In this document: in pieces, positions 22,501 to 32,170 of the stretch
Layout: each line of letters begins with the position of its first letter
How positions within the stretch are numbered: position 1 is the stretch's first letter
From: Babesia bigemina
Taxonomy: Eukaryota
Reading direction: 5' to 3'
DNA: 64,000 nt
Assembly (NCBI RefSeq): GCF_000981445.1
Contig: NC_027216.1
Span: 1,054,001-1,118,000 of the forward strand
Translations under genes and position numbers: made by a program
Notes under the pieces: model-generated
Seen by the model: only the letters and a program-made list of their open reading frames with translations
The model's database searches: none
What the model was told of the DNA's origin: nothing

Positions 22501-23458
22501 GCTCTCGGTGATTACGGTGCGTCGTATTCACGTGGTGTTGCGATGTGAGGTTCTCGATGAAGTGGAGCAGCAGATCCACCTGGAACTTCGTGTTTAGATA
22601 GTTTCGAGTTATCAGATGCACGTAATCTGCCTGCTCATCCATGTCAGTATTGAACGCGACGTATTCACACGCGCGTCTGAGGCTGCTCACAAATTTGGGG
22701 AGCTGCTTGGGAGGGGGTTGCGGCGCATAGAAGCGAAGCTCTGTGCAAAGGACCTCCCATTGTGCCTTATTGAGCAACTTCTTCATACTCCGAGTCTCCA
22801 GTTTCAGATTCGTGATGTTGCTGAAGATGTCACTTTTGTCCTTCTTCCCAAAAGGAGGCGTCTCCTCATCGCGCGCCAGCAGCTCTATGGCCACGGCCGC
22901 AGCGTCGTTGATGCGCGACTCAATGTCCCTCACGTTGGTACTGACCAGTAGGTTTTTCGTCCTCATTAGCAGCATGACGAACAGCCGTGCGCATCCCACC
23001 TTCGGCAGCTGCTTCAGATCCGCATCGAGATCGAATACGCAGTGGAACAGCTTCTGTTCGGCACACGTGCGCAAAGCCTCACGGGAAGTGTATACTGCGA
23101 TGTAAATGAGGGTTGCCAACTCACTGATTTCACTCCCCGTAGGCGCGAGAGCCGATAACACGGTGTCTGCGATATCCGCCTCGGAGGCCGAAGCCTCCGC
23201 GCCGGCATTTGTAACTTGCGATATCTCATTGTATACCCCATCTATGCACTGAACAAACTCCTTGCAGGTGATTTTTTCCGGCGCATCCTGTAGAAGTTGG
23301 TTCACCGCAGCCTGCCTCGAGGATGGGCAGATGGCGATCAGCCGTTCCTTCGTCTGGGGAGACACGCATGTGCTGACATCCTGACGCACTTGGCCAGTAT
23401 GTGTGGCTTGGACCTTTTGTCCTCCATGCGTCATCGGTAGCTTAGTAGTTGGCCGCAT
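16583..23458 (-). CDS. NOT1: CCR4-NOT complex subunit 1 (one of the apicomplexan NOT1 paralogues)
   Basis: 2291 aa. CAF1-binding region WLGAITLGRNKP...FKLPNPWT and C-terminal Not1 domain NHLRYPN...EQIT..ILERL...PHPWG. Confidence 0.93.
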   Translation of the reverse strand: MRPTTKLPMTHGGQKVQATHTGQVRQDVSTCVSPQTKERLIAICPSSRQAAVNQLLQDAPEKITCKEFVQCIDGVYNEISQVTNAGAEASASEADIADTVLSALAPTGSEISELATLIYIAVYTSREALRTCAEQKLFHCVFDLDADLKQLPKVGCARLFVMLLMRTKNLLVSTNVRDIESRINDAAAVAIELLARDEETPPFGKKDKSDIFSNITNLKLETRSMKKLLNKAQWEVLCTELRFYAPQPPPKQLPKFVSSLRRACEYVAFNTDMDEQADYVHLITRNYLNTKFQVDLLLHFIENLTSQHHVNTTHRNHREHFEKVFPSDRSDSKALVDSVAWIIDTDVLCRLLALLYNKLHIAQFKGLIQQLLKDASQSENGHIFPKAIMYALTTLWIRDHDLGDREDVVEVRLATLNPLFWYCYELCLQQFISSEELIKEIRQLGGESIHGKKSAKLFEFIRELAQSLRGEYVILAIMEVMRYVKYNVHVLAFMMNLFHAILLDVFKRTQVNFSKGVLEIVCFCRQTFDWGFMTMLIYSVDAIMSSELGSTNEYTSRKDVAKDILAGGFIDYLRWKIQQMREFSPHGDVAQKIFIPSCNVVAELFCILNHTIGTCDELLDLFQTYDMEYNALSHYNVLLMPLYKALEVRANSEVCDTEDTVNAAPAHSPVAQSVDGKETTGDAKSLEGDVYKYLMLNEDMDVTTSHVVDIIMACKRHQNVLNAVSLLNADSESLRSQTILDVLLRKYINRLVAVLNLSVPADFCLHAAPASDEEGLGLAPRLAMLAKFTGELFKTHLGPTQCDSVYIMFRIIMEAFRRNKGFLLEFAVEAFCSMGNVLCYPAFARLIISEEKFCKLYPQFVSQVRNALNDVESEIFEINPDRIGSMVLEETRCLKNIVDTKGRGNTGLMIVKQSSVSGHELEMDSDSGNIAPSSASMVFSIVNLAANVQYKPVVMDTTWYQDQISLNTNNISLDDLLALLNIDFQAPTNALEIMSIMEISLSNKNFITHVEQLVTKGYVDWLLFVIYRYVLMRGYTHFRDCIVFMATLGGTRMVDAMVRFTAHCVNIFLKYLRSFRANTVYRKLLSVSCGWLGAITLGRNKPLLTKHLDLKCLIIYAYQNGLLAVVLPAVCKLLLNIKSSKIFKLPNPWTSSLLNLLADINMSSGLKSTLQFDLSLLFKNLDFVPGPRSVHSVVKEVPISDLDRSPKLGSSIWSTIASNAVGLSMLKSQLDFQVPPVTQEVRTLLQRKIVLNPKVSCLNAKWPWVEMILSSIESCYLESSELIKRTMMTCISTTRSIFITDFATRKRELMEINPEILKMSTTAMATGLTTSLIMANGREQLSNLMSLRLHMQILSVLSMEPPTGDNTLTNSLEQVSGCLAKDNLGLVCALVEQATLELITGFISASIGEWIAAIGKESMHMPHDQMIGPPASSGLEAYKRFGSLVPFTMTRLQKEKQHGSPQQGPYGGPMSSQVPNLNLGPCSPPSTDLTSSLYGLTPRGLIPGYRLPDFMIIPPIDNLPTSLISCKVDEFEHRIKEAAKHILMHPPTIPLLNSKYMYTTDSSTLLLLSCLPRNHTVFTLLWSMDYMFQHAANQAECVEALIKKVLKTSKENTKGLDVVSIMQEVEYSLLEMLSVGCPLLIEIVTNLIPTLGPSRLCQFVRHRILKIPTVDRFISTGMDTETLCRTLHKLILDGQWLAAGDLPMSMNKLASLDPTGVVTIHLSAGPVTMEYGELHRRLVSHSALTTFSPELDNRGFMAHYATGKERMMGPGMMSVTGVSGLTLQPGIHTGTSMSAGLRSGNQELRLRSLRQLVLDKSIIRNKMVIKLCEIPGKERYLQVFKEYLIMESDPAPFFQNFNEHPPDAFLTCTLLCALQMTFEPQGTEMKSDRLPQNCHDSPVWTFCDGWSTMVAGLSRNESFMLHKALHLMLGMMQHGVALICFERMLIGLINELENDLVPLISIGHFLTLCGPSEVPEFGSYWINIITRKQFVQQIIQNPNEWPLYHHLLVEALTSPHSKTPCISFILVTLMQKVPEFLCGYYLSLCDVVPPRAMQLRNLLTSAVPRSLKLPNPISMDDHMDIPSLNFTNHIITVVKAGGLKVATDMFVHEPSEALLPMVMKELKLTDPNTFDVMLANHYVLYLISTLPMMLKKIPTTSHRSQNSLLLLEKLMMNCIPQARHMLLSCMTNHLRYPNVSTFAFVAFMLRLFKNGDQPMQEQITLAILERLLISRPHPWGVLHLLFQLVKDPKYDFWNRIQAAPEVEKHIRRIIQSCLNTKHGPHKHSSLSELVN

Positions 23459-24535
23459 AGGTGGCCCTTTGCTTCGTCGCTTGGGTATTCACCCATTTAC
23501 GGACACCCGAGGCACGTATGTTTGCCTGTCTAACTCGTCAAATCCGACTCAAGCGCCTCAGCTCACTCTATCACGTCGTGAGCCGCAATTTCGCTGCGAG
23601 AGTCCCTGCAGACAAGAGCCGTCGGTGCAGCGGCGTCTGTCATATTTGACTTGCATCCGGCGTCGTTGGCAACGTTCACCGACAATCAAATGCGATTTTA
23701 ATCGTTTGTTTTTACGTTTCGCACGCGAGGCGGCGCAGCTCCTGGCCACACCAGTCTTGCCCGATGCCGGTGACGCTATTGCGCGTTCAGGTCTTATTTC
23801 CCCGCTGTCAGATCTTGCGTTTCCCGAATACCGTCGGTGTGGTATACGTGTGCAATTCTGATGTGTCTCTGCGTCGGTGGCGCGCGCCCCGCCGTGATGC
23901 GTCCGTCTTCCTCGTCACACCGACGTTGCGCGAGCGTCGCGAGCGTTGCGTCGATCCGGCATTGGACCAGAACGAATGCATCATGCATGTTCTTGTATCT
24001 TAATTAGGACCGGTTTCGACTTTGTGACAGATAAGCGGCGCCGTTGTGAAGCGTTTAGCGCTTCGCTCGCGAGAACGACTGTGTATAGTTAGCAAGCTGC
24101 GACCGTTCCCGCTGTGTATACATACGCGCTCTATAGCGGAACTCAGTCCCACAGTATATTCGACAAATGCTTTGCTGAGATCAAACAGCGACCTTGTTTA
24201 ATACGCTTGTCTGTCTGGCACCTTCGTAACAGATTTGCGGCCATTGGCGCTCTATCTTGCCATTGCGGCCCTGGTAGCCATTACACATATACGGAATGCC
24301 TATTGGTATTTAATTTACACGATTTGGACTTTTAGCTGGGGTCTGGTTACTTACGAATCTCATGCGAGGGTTGGTTGAGCGGCCTCCGTCGTTGAACCTC
24401 GCACAACCTGAACTGCCGCTCGCGCAGCCGTCAAATAAGCGGCTGTAAAATACTGTTATTTGCGGCGTGTCTATCGCCGGCTGGCGGGTGTTTACGACTT
24501 GGAAGGGCGTGGGCAATTGGTATAGCGCGGAGACG

Positions 24536-26031
24536 ATGTCGAAAAAGAGCGACTTCGTGATAAAGCCTCAGAAGGCGGCACCGCCCATAGACACTTCTGA
24601 GTGGCCTCTGCTTTTAAAGGTACGTGTCGTTGCGTGGAACCCCTGCACCGTGTCACTGTGGGCATCCTGCTGAATTCGCAATTGCCCTAAGGTTCAACCC
24701 TGCGGGATAACAACGCTTATGTGTAGTTTTAGTCGATATATGCACCCAGTTCGTGCACTTGTAACGGGAAGCTTGCGTGATGAGATGTTTGTGCCAACAG
24801 TTGACAGCCCCTGATGTTGCCGCAGAACTACGACAAGCTCAACGTGCGAACTGGACACTACACGCCCCTCCCGCATGGTTCCTCCCCACTGTGCCGCGAC
24901 TTGTCGAATTACGTTAAATACGGTTTCATCAACTTGGACAAGCCCTCCAATCCGTCGTCCCACGAGACGGTCGCGTGGATCAAACGCATTTTGCGCTGTG
25001 AGAAGACGGGTCACAGTGGCACACTAGACCCCAAGGTCACGGGTGTTCTTTTGGTGTGCATAGACCGGGCGACTCGCCTCGTGAAGTCCCAGCAGGGCCA
25101 TGGTAGGTCGTATGTCCGTATCGATGCATGTGGCTCAGGCAAGGAGTACGTGGCGATCATCAAGTTCCACTCTCAACCGGAGAGCCGGAGCAAGGTGGAA
25201 AAGGCGCTTCAGACGTTGAGCGGTACTTTATTTCAGAGACCGCCTCTCATTTCAGCCGTGAAACGGCAGCTGCGCGTGCGCACCATCCACGAGACCAAAA
25301 TGCTTGACTACGACGAGGCCAAGTCCATGGCCACCTTCTGGGTCAAGTGCGAAGCCGGGACGTACGTGAGGACACTGTGCATCCACATGGGATTGCTGTT
25401 GGGCTGCGGCGCCCACATGCAGGAGCTGCGCAGGGTTCGTTCGGGCAACATTTCGGAGTACGACAACATGGTCACCATGCACGACGTGCTGGACGCCCAG
25501 TACCTCCTGGACAATACCAACGACGAGTCGTACATCAGACGCGTGATATCGCCTCTGGAACGCCTGCTCACCGACCACAAGCGCATCGTGGTGAAGGACA
25601 GTTGCGTAAACGCCATTTGTTACGGCGCGAAGCTTATGATCCCGGGCGTGTTGCGTTTCGAGAATGGCATCGAGCTGAACGAGCAGATCGTGCTGATCAC
25701 CACGAAGGGGGAGGCAATCGCAATAGGCATTGCGCAGATGCCCACCGCAGTTATCGCATCGGTTGACCACGGCGTCGTTTCAGTTATCAAGCGCGTTATC
25801 ATGGATCGCGACACCTACAGCCTGCGCTGGGGTTTCGGCCCCCGCGCGACGGAGAAGAAGCGGCTGCAGTCTGCGGGGATGCTTGACGACCGCGGGAAGC
25901 CGAATGAGAAGACGCCCGTCACGTGGTTGAAGAGCGAGGGCTTCATCCCACCCATGATTGGCGAGGATGCAAAGAAGCGAGCGCAGGAGGGTGATGAGGC
26001 CGAATCAGACGCCAAGAGGCCGAAAAACTGA
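24536..26031 (+). CDS. CBF5: H/ACA RNP pseudouridine synthase (dyskerin); exons 24536-24619, 24826-25102, 25139-26031
   Basis: [28 protein letters not shown], catalytic GHSGTLDP and a PUA domain (NAICYGAK). Confidence 0.97.
24661..24802 (+). ncRNA. Possible intronic H/ACA-type snoRNA in CBF5 intron 1
   Basis: 206-nt intron. Hairpin cctgc/gcggg is followed by an ANANNA box (ATAACA 24707-24712). Hairpin gcac/gtgc is followed by ACA at 24797-24799. Confidence 0.35.
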
Positions 26032-26170
26032 TGGCAGGTGCCTGCCTTCGGTGCCCAGGTGGCCTGATTTAACTGTCGCTAAGTTTGCATTATTGCACGT
26101 GGTATTTACGTGTGGTTGATCACGCACTACTTACAGCGCCACTTTAAGTGCCAGTTTTTGAGTTAGAGTC

Positions 26171-28627
26171 CTAAAAGATATCCGCCTCTGGCTCAGTAGC
26201 AGCTTTGGCGCGTGCAGATGGCGTTTTGTCTGTCAGCTTCCCTTCCGCCGCGGTTTTCCGCACCCTGGTTTTCTTTTCTGCAGCGTCCTTCATCTTCGGT
26301 TCCCTAGGCTTCCTCACGGCTGCGCCGGCCTTCTTCGGTTCTCGAGGCTTCTTCTCCGCCGTCTCCTTTTTCTTAGGTTCTCTCGGCTTGCGTTCTGCTT
26401 TCTCCTTCTGCGTTCGCGGCGCTTTCGGTGATGCAGCGGCCTTCTTTAAGTTGGTTGGCAGCTTGTTCGACGACGCAGCCGCTTGCTTGGGCGCCCTTTT
26501 GTTGCTGTTTGTTTCGATGGGGAACCTCAGGGCGCCCATGTGGTGGAGGTACGTGCGATATTGGGGGTTCACCCGCAGGTAAAACGAGGTGTAGCTCTGC
26601 TGCGCGATGCGCGCCACCCTCTCTATCAAGATCTGGTGTATGATCATGCGCTTGAGCAGCGTCATCGCCGCGTCGTTAGTGAACCCCATTCTCCTCAGAT
26701 ATCCCGAGAGCGGGTGGTCCCCCGCGTTGCGCTGCGTGAGAAGCTTGTGCAGGCTGACGAGCGTGTAGGCGTCGTTCGACCGTTCGTACTGCTTTCCCTG
26801 GGTTATGAGCCCATTGCATATGAATATGACCTCCTTTTGGCAATTTCGCGCTACGAACTTCACCTCCTGGTTGGACGAGCACGTGTCACACGGTACGTCG
26901 CAGGCGTCCCTGAGCGTTTCCCCCAAATATTCCAGCAGCACCTTGCGCCGACACAAGAAGCCGCTCTCACAATACGCCAGCACGCTAAGGATGTTCTTCC
27001 TGTTAACTTGTTCCTTGTCGCTCTTACTGTTCGCATCCGACCCCAGACCCAGCGTGAGCAGCCTCTGAGCGTCATGGAACTGGTAGAAGATGAGGCAGCA
27101 CGCCACCTGGCCATCCCTGCCAGCACGCCCTGACTCCTGGAAGTAGTTCTCTATGGACTTCGGCATGGAGAAGTGGATGACGAACCGCACATCCGCCTTG
27201 TCTATGCCCATACCGAACGCCAGCGTGGCCACCATGACGTCGACGGACCCCGATATCCACTCCCTGTAGTACCCTGTCCTCATATGCATCTGCATCTGCG
27301 CATGGTATGGAGCGGCCCTCACGTGCTTTGAAACCGCCTGCGTCACCCTTTCAACCTCGTTGCAGCTGAGGCAGTATATAATACCGCAGCTCCCGGCGAA
27401 CCGCTCCTTTATCACCTCCACAAGTTTCTCAATGGCCTTGTTGGTGTTCCTGTCCTTCGGCATGACCTCGTAGCGGAGGTTGGGTCGGTTGAAGCTGGAC
27501 TTGAATATGGTGGGCGACCTGAGCCGTAGTTCCGCGCACACGTCATTGATAACCTGCGGGGTGGCGGTGGCGGTGAAGGCGCATACAGGCACGTGCGGGA
27601 ACTCGTGTTTCAGCAGCCCCATTTCCTTGTAATCAGGCCTGAAATCGTTACCCCACTCGCTAACGCAGTGCGCCTCGTCGAGCACGAAGCGTGAAAGCCT
27701 GCCCCGTTGTTCCAGATCCCGGAAGGCGTTCAACAGCACCTTTGAGCTCGTGATGCGCTCCGGTGTGACGAAGAGCATGTACGAAGTGTCTATGTCCGAT
27801 CTCATGTCGCCAAGCACGTTTTCTCTGTCCAAGCGGCTCATCTCACCGACCAGCGCATGGCATGGAATTCCGAGCGCATGCAACCTCTTCATTTGGTCAT
27901 GTACGAGCGACACCAGCGGCATAACAACCACAGTGACTCCATTTCGCCCCACGGTGCCATCATAAACCACCGGCAGCTGGAAACAAAGGGACTTACCGCC
28001 TCCGGTGGGTATAACCACGAAGGTGTCGCGGCCGCTGAGTATGCAGTTTATGACCTCCAGCTGCTTGGGGCGGAAAGAGGCATTTCCGAAGACTTCCTTG
28101 TTTATGCGATGTACGATATCCGTCCACTCGAAGCGACCAGACCATGCGCCGCATTGGTCGCCGCTGACAGGTTCAGGCACGGGGGGCGATTCCTCATTCC
28201 TCGGCAGGATATACTTGTAGCGCTCTTTAACGACGTTGTCGTCGGCGGCATAACCGAAATAGTTCTCATCCTGGTCCTCCTCCCTTGCTGCGGCCGCATC
28301 CGAGTGGCCCACGCCACGTCCATTGCCAGGCGCATCGCTTGTTATGGCGCTCACATTGCCAATTCGGTACCGGTGAACCGACTGCCTGTGCCGGAACGGT
28401 ATAGTAGGCAGCTGGTCATCCACGTAAGTGGCGGGATCGAACGCTGCAAGCTCGTCTAGCGTGATGCAGTAAGCTGCACGGGAGGAGCTATCACAGACTC
28501 CGCCGTGTTCCTTAACGTCATCAGACACAGATAACGGAAGCAGCGCCGACGATAAGGTGCCGAAGAACTCGCTGTAGTTATTTTCTACCTGCGCGCAAGC
28601 GAAGCGATTCTGCAGTTCCGCGGCCAT
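26171..28627 (-). CDS. RecQ-family DNA helicase (BLM/RECQ1-like)
   Basis: PTGGGKSLCFQLP, DEAHCVSEWGNDFRPDY, ATLAFGMGIDK, QESGRAGRDG and RQC Zn-site cysteines. Two small upstream exons could extend the start to ATG 28822. Confidence 0.95.
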   Translation of the reverse strand: MAAELQNRFACAQVENNYSEFFGTLSSALLPLSVSDDVKEHGGVCDSSSRAAYCITLDELAAFDPATYVDDQLPTIPFRHRQSVHRYRIGNVSAITSDAPGNGRGVGHSDAAAAREEDQDENYFGYAADDNVVKERYKYILPRNEESPPVPEPVSGDQCGAWSGRFEWTDIVHRINKEVFGNASFRPKQLEVINCILSGRDTFVVIPTGGGKSLCFQLPVVYDGTVGRNGVTVVVMPLVSLVHDQMKRLHALGIPCHALVGEMSRLDRENVLGDMRSDIDTSYMLFVTPERITSSKVLLNAFRDLEQRGRLSRFVLDEAHCVSEWGNDFRPDYKEMGLLKHEFPHVPVCAFTATATPQVINDVCAELRLRSPTIFKSSFNRPNLRYEVMPKDRNTNKAIEKLVEVIKERFAGSCGIIYCLSCNEVERVTQAVSKHVRAAPYHAQMQMHMRTGYYREWISGSVDVMVATLAFGMGIDKADVRFVIHFSMPKSIENYFQESGRAGRDGQVACCLIFYQFHDAQRLLTLGLGSDANSKSDKEQVNRKNILSVLAYCESGFLCRRKVLLEYLGETLRDACDVPCDTCSSNQEVKFVARNCQKEVIFICNGLITQGKQYERSNDAYTLVSLHKLLTQRNAGDHPLSGYLRRMGFTNDAAMTLLKRMIIHQILIERVARIAQQSYTSFYLRVNPQYRTYLHHMGALRFPIETNSNKRAPKQAAASSNKLPTNLKKAAASPKAPRTQKEKAERKPREPKKKETAEKKPREPKKAGAAVRKPREPKMKDAAEKKTRVRKTAAEGKLTDKTPSARAKAATEPEADIF

Positions 28628-29127
28628 TGTCGCCCTTCCACCTACACATTGCTTGAAGCTCTTCTTCAGCGCCGCAGCGACCGGTAGCTACATATGCTGC
28701 CATCAAAGTGAACCTGCTACCATCTTAGTGGCTGTCTTTCTTGTCCGAAGCATCCGTGCAGCTGCCGGTCGATCGGCCAATTGCAATCGTCAATAGGGAC
28801 GTGTCTTGCCGGCTTTTGGCATTGTAGTACGACCAACAAAGCCATACACACAGTGTAAGGGTAAAATTAGCTAATGTGTGAGGATTCTGGTATTAAATCG
28901 GGGGCTGCTATTACACAACATCAAGCTAAGCTTTGGCGCCGCCACATCGCTAATACGCAGCCATAGAGCAACATACACTCAGTGACAACCATCATCGTAA
29001 TTGTTATTGCAATGGAGCAGGCAATAGGTTCAGTGTGTGTAACCTGGCACAATTTCTGGCTGGTACGCTCCGCTCATTGCCAGTTATACAGGGGAAATCA
29101 ATCACGATCTTGTTTACCAGACCCGCC

Positions 29128-31463
29128 TCACGCTTCTTCCAATACCTGTTCCATAGCCGCCGCCAGAATTGCATCCAATTCGTGCCGAATGCCGAAAAGG
29201 ATGGCTGCCTCCGTCGTTACCAGCCACCGCTGGGGGGTGTGGTCGACCTTCATGCGGCATATGTACTTCTTGAATTTCTCTCTCAGCTCGACAGTTGAGC
29301 AGAAGGGCTTCTTGTTCTTGAACTCGCTTATGAGCACCTCCTTTTTGGTGTGTTTCCCGTGACAGAGCTTCAGGAACTCCTGCACGTCCTCCTTGGTCAT
29401 GATGATTTGGTGTCCACGCATGTTGCTGACGAACTCAGAAATCGGGTTCTGGGTGTAGCCCTCGTAACCAAAGCCGTAGTCGCACGGGGCGATGTCCATG
29501 CCGTTCTTCTTGGCCTCCTCGATGCTGCAACATTCGTCGTTGTTCTGAGGAACGCCATCAACGATCCAGTGCCAGTTTTTGTTAACGCAGTAGACCTTCA
29601 CCACCTCGCACAAATTGAGCGTGTGCTTCTGCAACTCCTGCTGAGGGTTGTCCTGAACTATCCAGTCGTTCTCGTCTTCGTCATCGTCTTCCTCTTCGCT
29701 CCCGCTTTCTTCGACGTCGTCCACATCGTACTGCTCGAACCACTCTTCGTCGCTGTCGCCGTAGTAGTCCATGGCGGGCTCGATTGCCAACGGCTCGGTG
29801 GGTTTGACGATCTGCGAACTTCTGGAGATTAGCAACCTCATGGACGGCCGCTTCCATTCGTTGTCCGACATGTAGAAGAGCCGGGCAGACCTCTCCTGCT
29901 TAAGGGCCTTGTCGCCGTAGATGGTGTCACGGATATTGTTAACTAGGTCATCGACCACAAAACCTTTTGAGCCACTTTCACGCGCTGAAACTGGCTCAGC
30001 GGCGCCTTCGTCCGTCGACGCTGTGTTGGTTGACGCCTCAACATAGAATTTGCGATTGGTGTTCACGTACGTAAAGTACCTCATCCATGCATTTCGGTGG
30101 TCTTCGCACATCTTCTTGAACTCGTCAAAATCCGGGGAGCTGCCGTCGCCATCATCCGCTGTAGAGACACGTTCTGCGGTGTCGCAACTGACGCCATGTG
30201 CTGATGCATTGGGGCTGCTTTGCTGGCGTCGATTCCGGGGAAGCGCTTCCATAAGCTTGGCAATCTCCACCATTTGCACCTCGGAGGCACCCATGTCCTC
30301 ATAATCATCCGCATTTACCTCCGTTGGTTGTAAAGATGGCCCGGTGCCGCTGCTGCTCGTAGGGGCTTTGGTTGCTGGGGGGCTGCTGCGAGCGGTCGAG
30401 GGCGCATTACCTGCGTTATCGTCGCCGATAGAGGACGCAGCCGGTGTTGTGGACGATGATTTCAGCCAGTTGAGGAGCATGTTGGGTTGTTTTGACGATG
30501 CCGCGTGAGGCTTCGCAGTCGCCTTGGCCGTGGCTTTCTCGTGCTTTGTGTTCGGCGCAGCCTTTGAATCCTTCGCCTGCGAAACCTTGGCCTGCGGTGG
30601 CGAGCTTTCATGCTTCTTGACTTTCTTCGTCTTATTCACGGCTTCCAATCGCTCCCGCTTTTCCCTTTCGAGTAGCATTTTCTTGTAGATGGCACCCAGT
30701 TCCTCATTAGCCGCATTCCGGGCTGCCGTGTCACCGCTATTAATGGCATCTCGCACCTTCACGAGGGTGATGTAGCGCCTAGAAATCAAGTTGCGAGCCT
30801 CTCGAGCCGCATTGACGCGCTCCTGGATAGTGTCCGGGAACACGTCAACGGAGGGCGATTCCCAGACCCACATACACTCGGCCCGAACTGACTCCAGCCT
30901 GTCCATTTCATTGTCACCATCGAAGGCCTCCCCTAGATTCTTTCGGGTGACAAGTAGAGGCACAACCGTGTCGAGCTGGGTGCTGCCAATATCTTGGTTG
31001 GCAACTTTGCAGTGGGCTGCGATGTGTTCGCGCAACTGGGTGATGAGACCACTGATGGGTAAGACGGATCCTTCTGCGAACGCGCGTACGACATCTCTAA
31101 GCTGAGGGTCGATTCCGAGCTCGTTGTCTACCGTTGAACGTAGTTCACCGTGCTGCTGTCGTATGCGCTGCCAGACGGCTTCACATTCGTCGTGGCGACC
31201 CAAGACACTGGTGTCCTGCAACCGCTTGTGTCACTAGACCAACACGCACTAACCTGTATGCCAGTTGCCAGCAGTTGCGATATTTCAGATTCCACTTCAT
31301 CCAGAGCTAGTTGTGTCTCTTCGTCAAGTGGAGCCTTTGGCTCCGATTGCACATTCTGTCCGGTGTTAGATACCGTGTCATCGGCGGCGTATTCATCGCT
31401 CGCGTCGCCTTTTGCCCGCTCGGCATTCGGCGGCGGAAGCGTTGAAGGATGTTGCTCCGTCAT
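29128..31463 (-). CDS. CHAF1A: Chromatin assembly factor 1 large subunit (p150/Cac1); intron 31216-31253
   Basis: DYYGDSDEEW + acidic tract + DWIV (CAF1A motif) and a winged-helix-like C-terminus. The 38-nt GT-AG intron joins the two ORFs in phase. Confidence 0.78.
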
Positions 31464-32170
31464 GGCGCCAGCTCCATTTGGATCGGCAGGCCACCTCCAA
31501 GCCGTATAACGCCACTGCGATGGAACGAATCGCGAATTCTGATAGGGTTATTGGTTTATGCGGTTTCCAGGGGCTCCCGTGTCGAATCCGCGATCGTGTT
31601 ACGGGCATTCTGCGGCGCAGTGGGAGGGATGTGTGTGACTGACATCCATTTGTGGATTTCACCCAAACAATCGGCCATGTATTATGGACGTACCATATGT
31701 AACATTTTAAAGCTTTGTATATAGCGCCGATGGTCCTGTGTCTAAATCTGTGTAGGCAAGATTGGTGAGCGACTGTTTCCGTGACCAACACGAGGTGTGA
31801 ATTTGGCGTCAGCATTGCTTACACACATGTGGTTATTCTGCGTGTTAGACGCGTACTAACACTGGTCGATGAGCGCGACGCTTTTATTTCAGAGTCGCTA
31901 TTCGCGTATCTCTCGCTTGCCCTGGAGCGTCTGCCGATCACTCTGGCATCCATTTCGGCCCTCTGCCATTCGCCACTCATATAATTCGTACAACTTCTAG
32001 ATAGTATTAGACAGCCGGTGCCTTCCTTTGAAGCATAACCTTACCTAACGTTAGTTGTGGCGGCCCGTGTAGTCGGCCGTACTGCTGCGGCGGCGGACAG
32101 TTAGTGTCCATTATCGCATGTTATTTTGATACAAGTAGTTACCATGTATTTCCTGCTATGATACGTAACA

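Noticed and set aside
24777..24814. C/D snoRNA from GTGATGA...CTGA in the CBF5 intron
   Set aside because: Only 38 nt long and abuts the 3' splice site.
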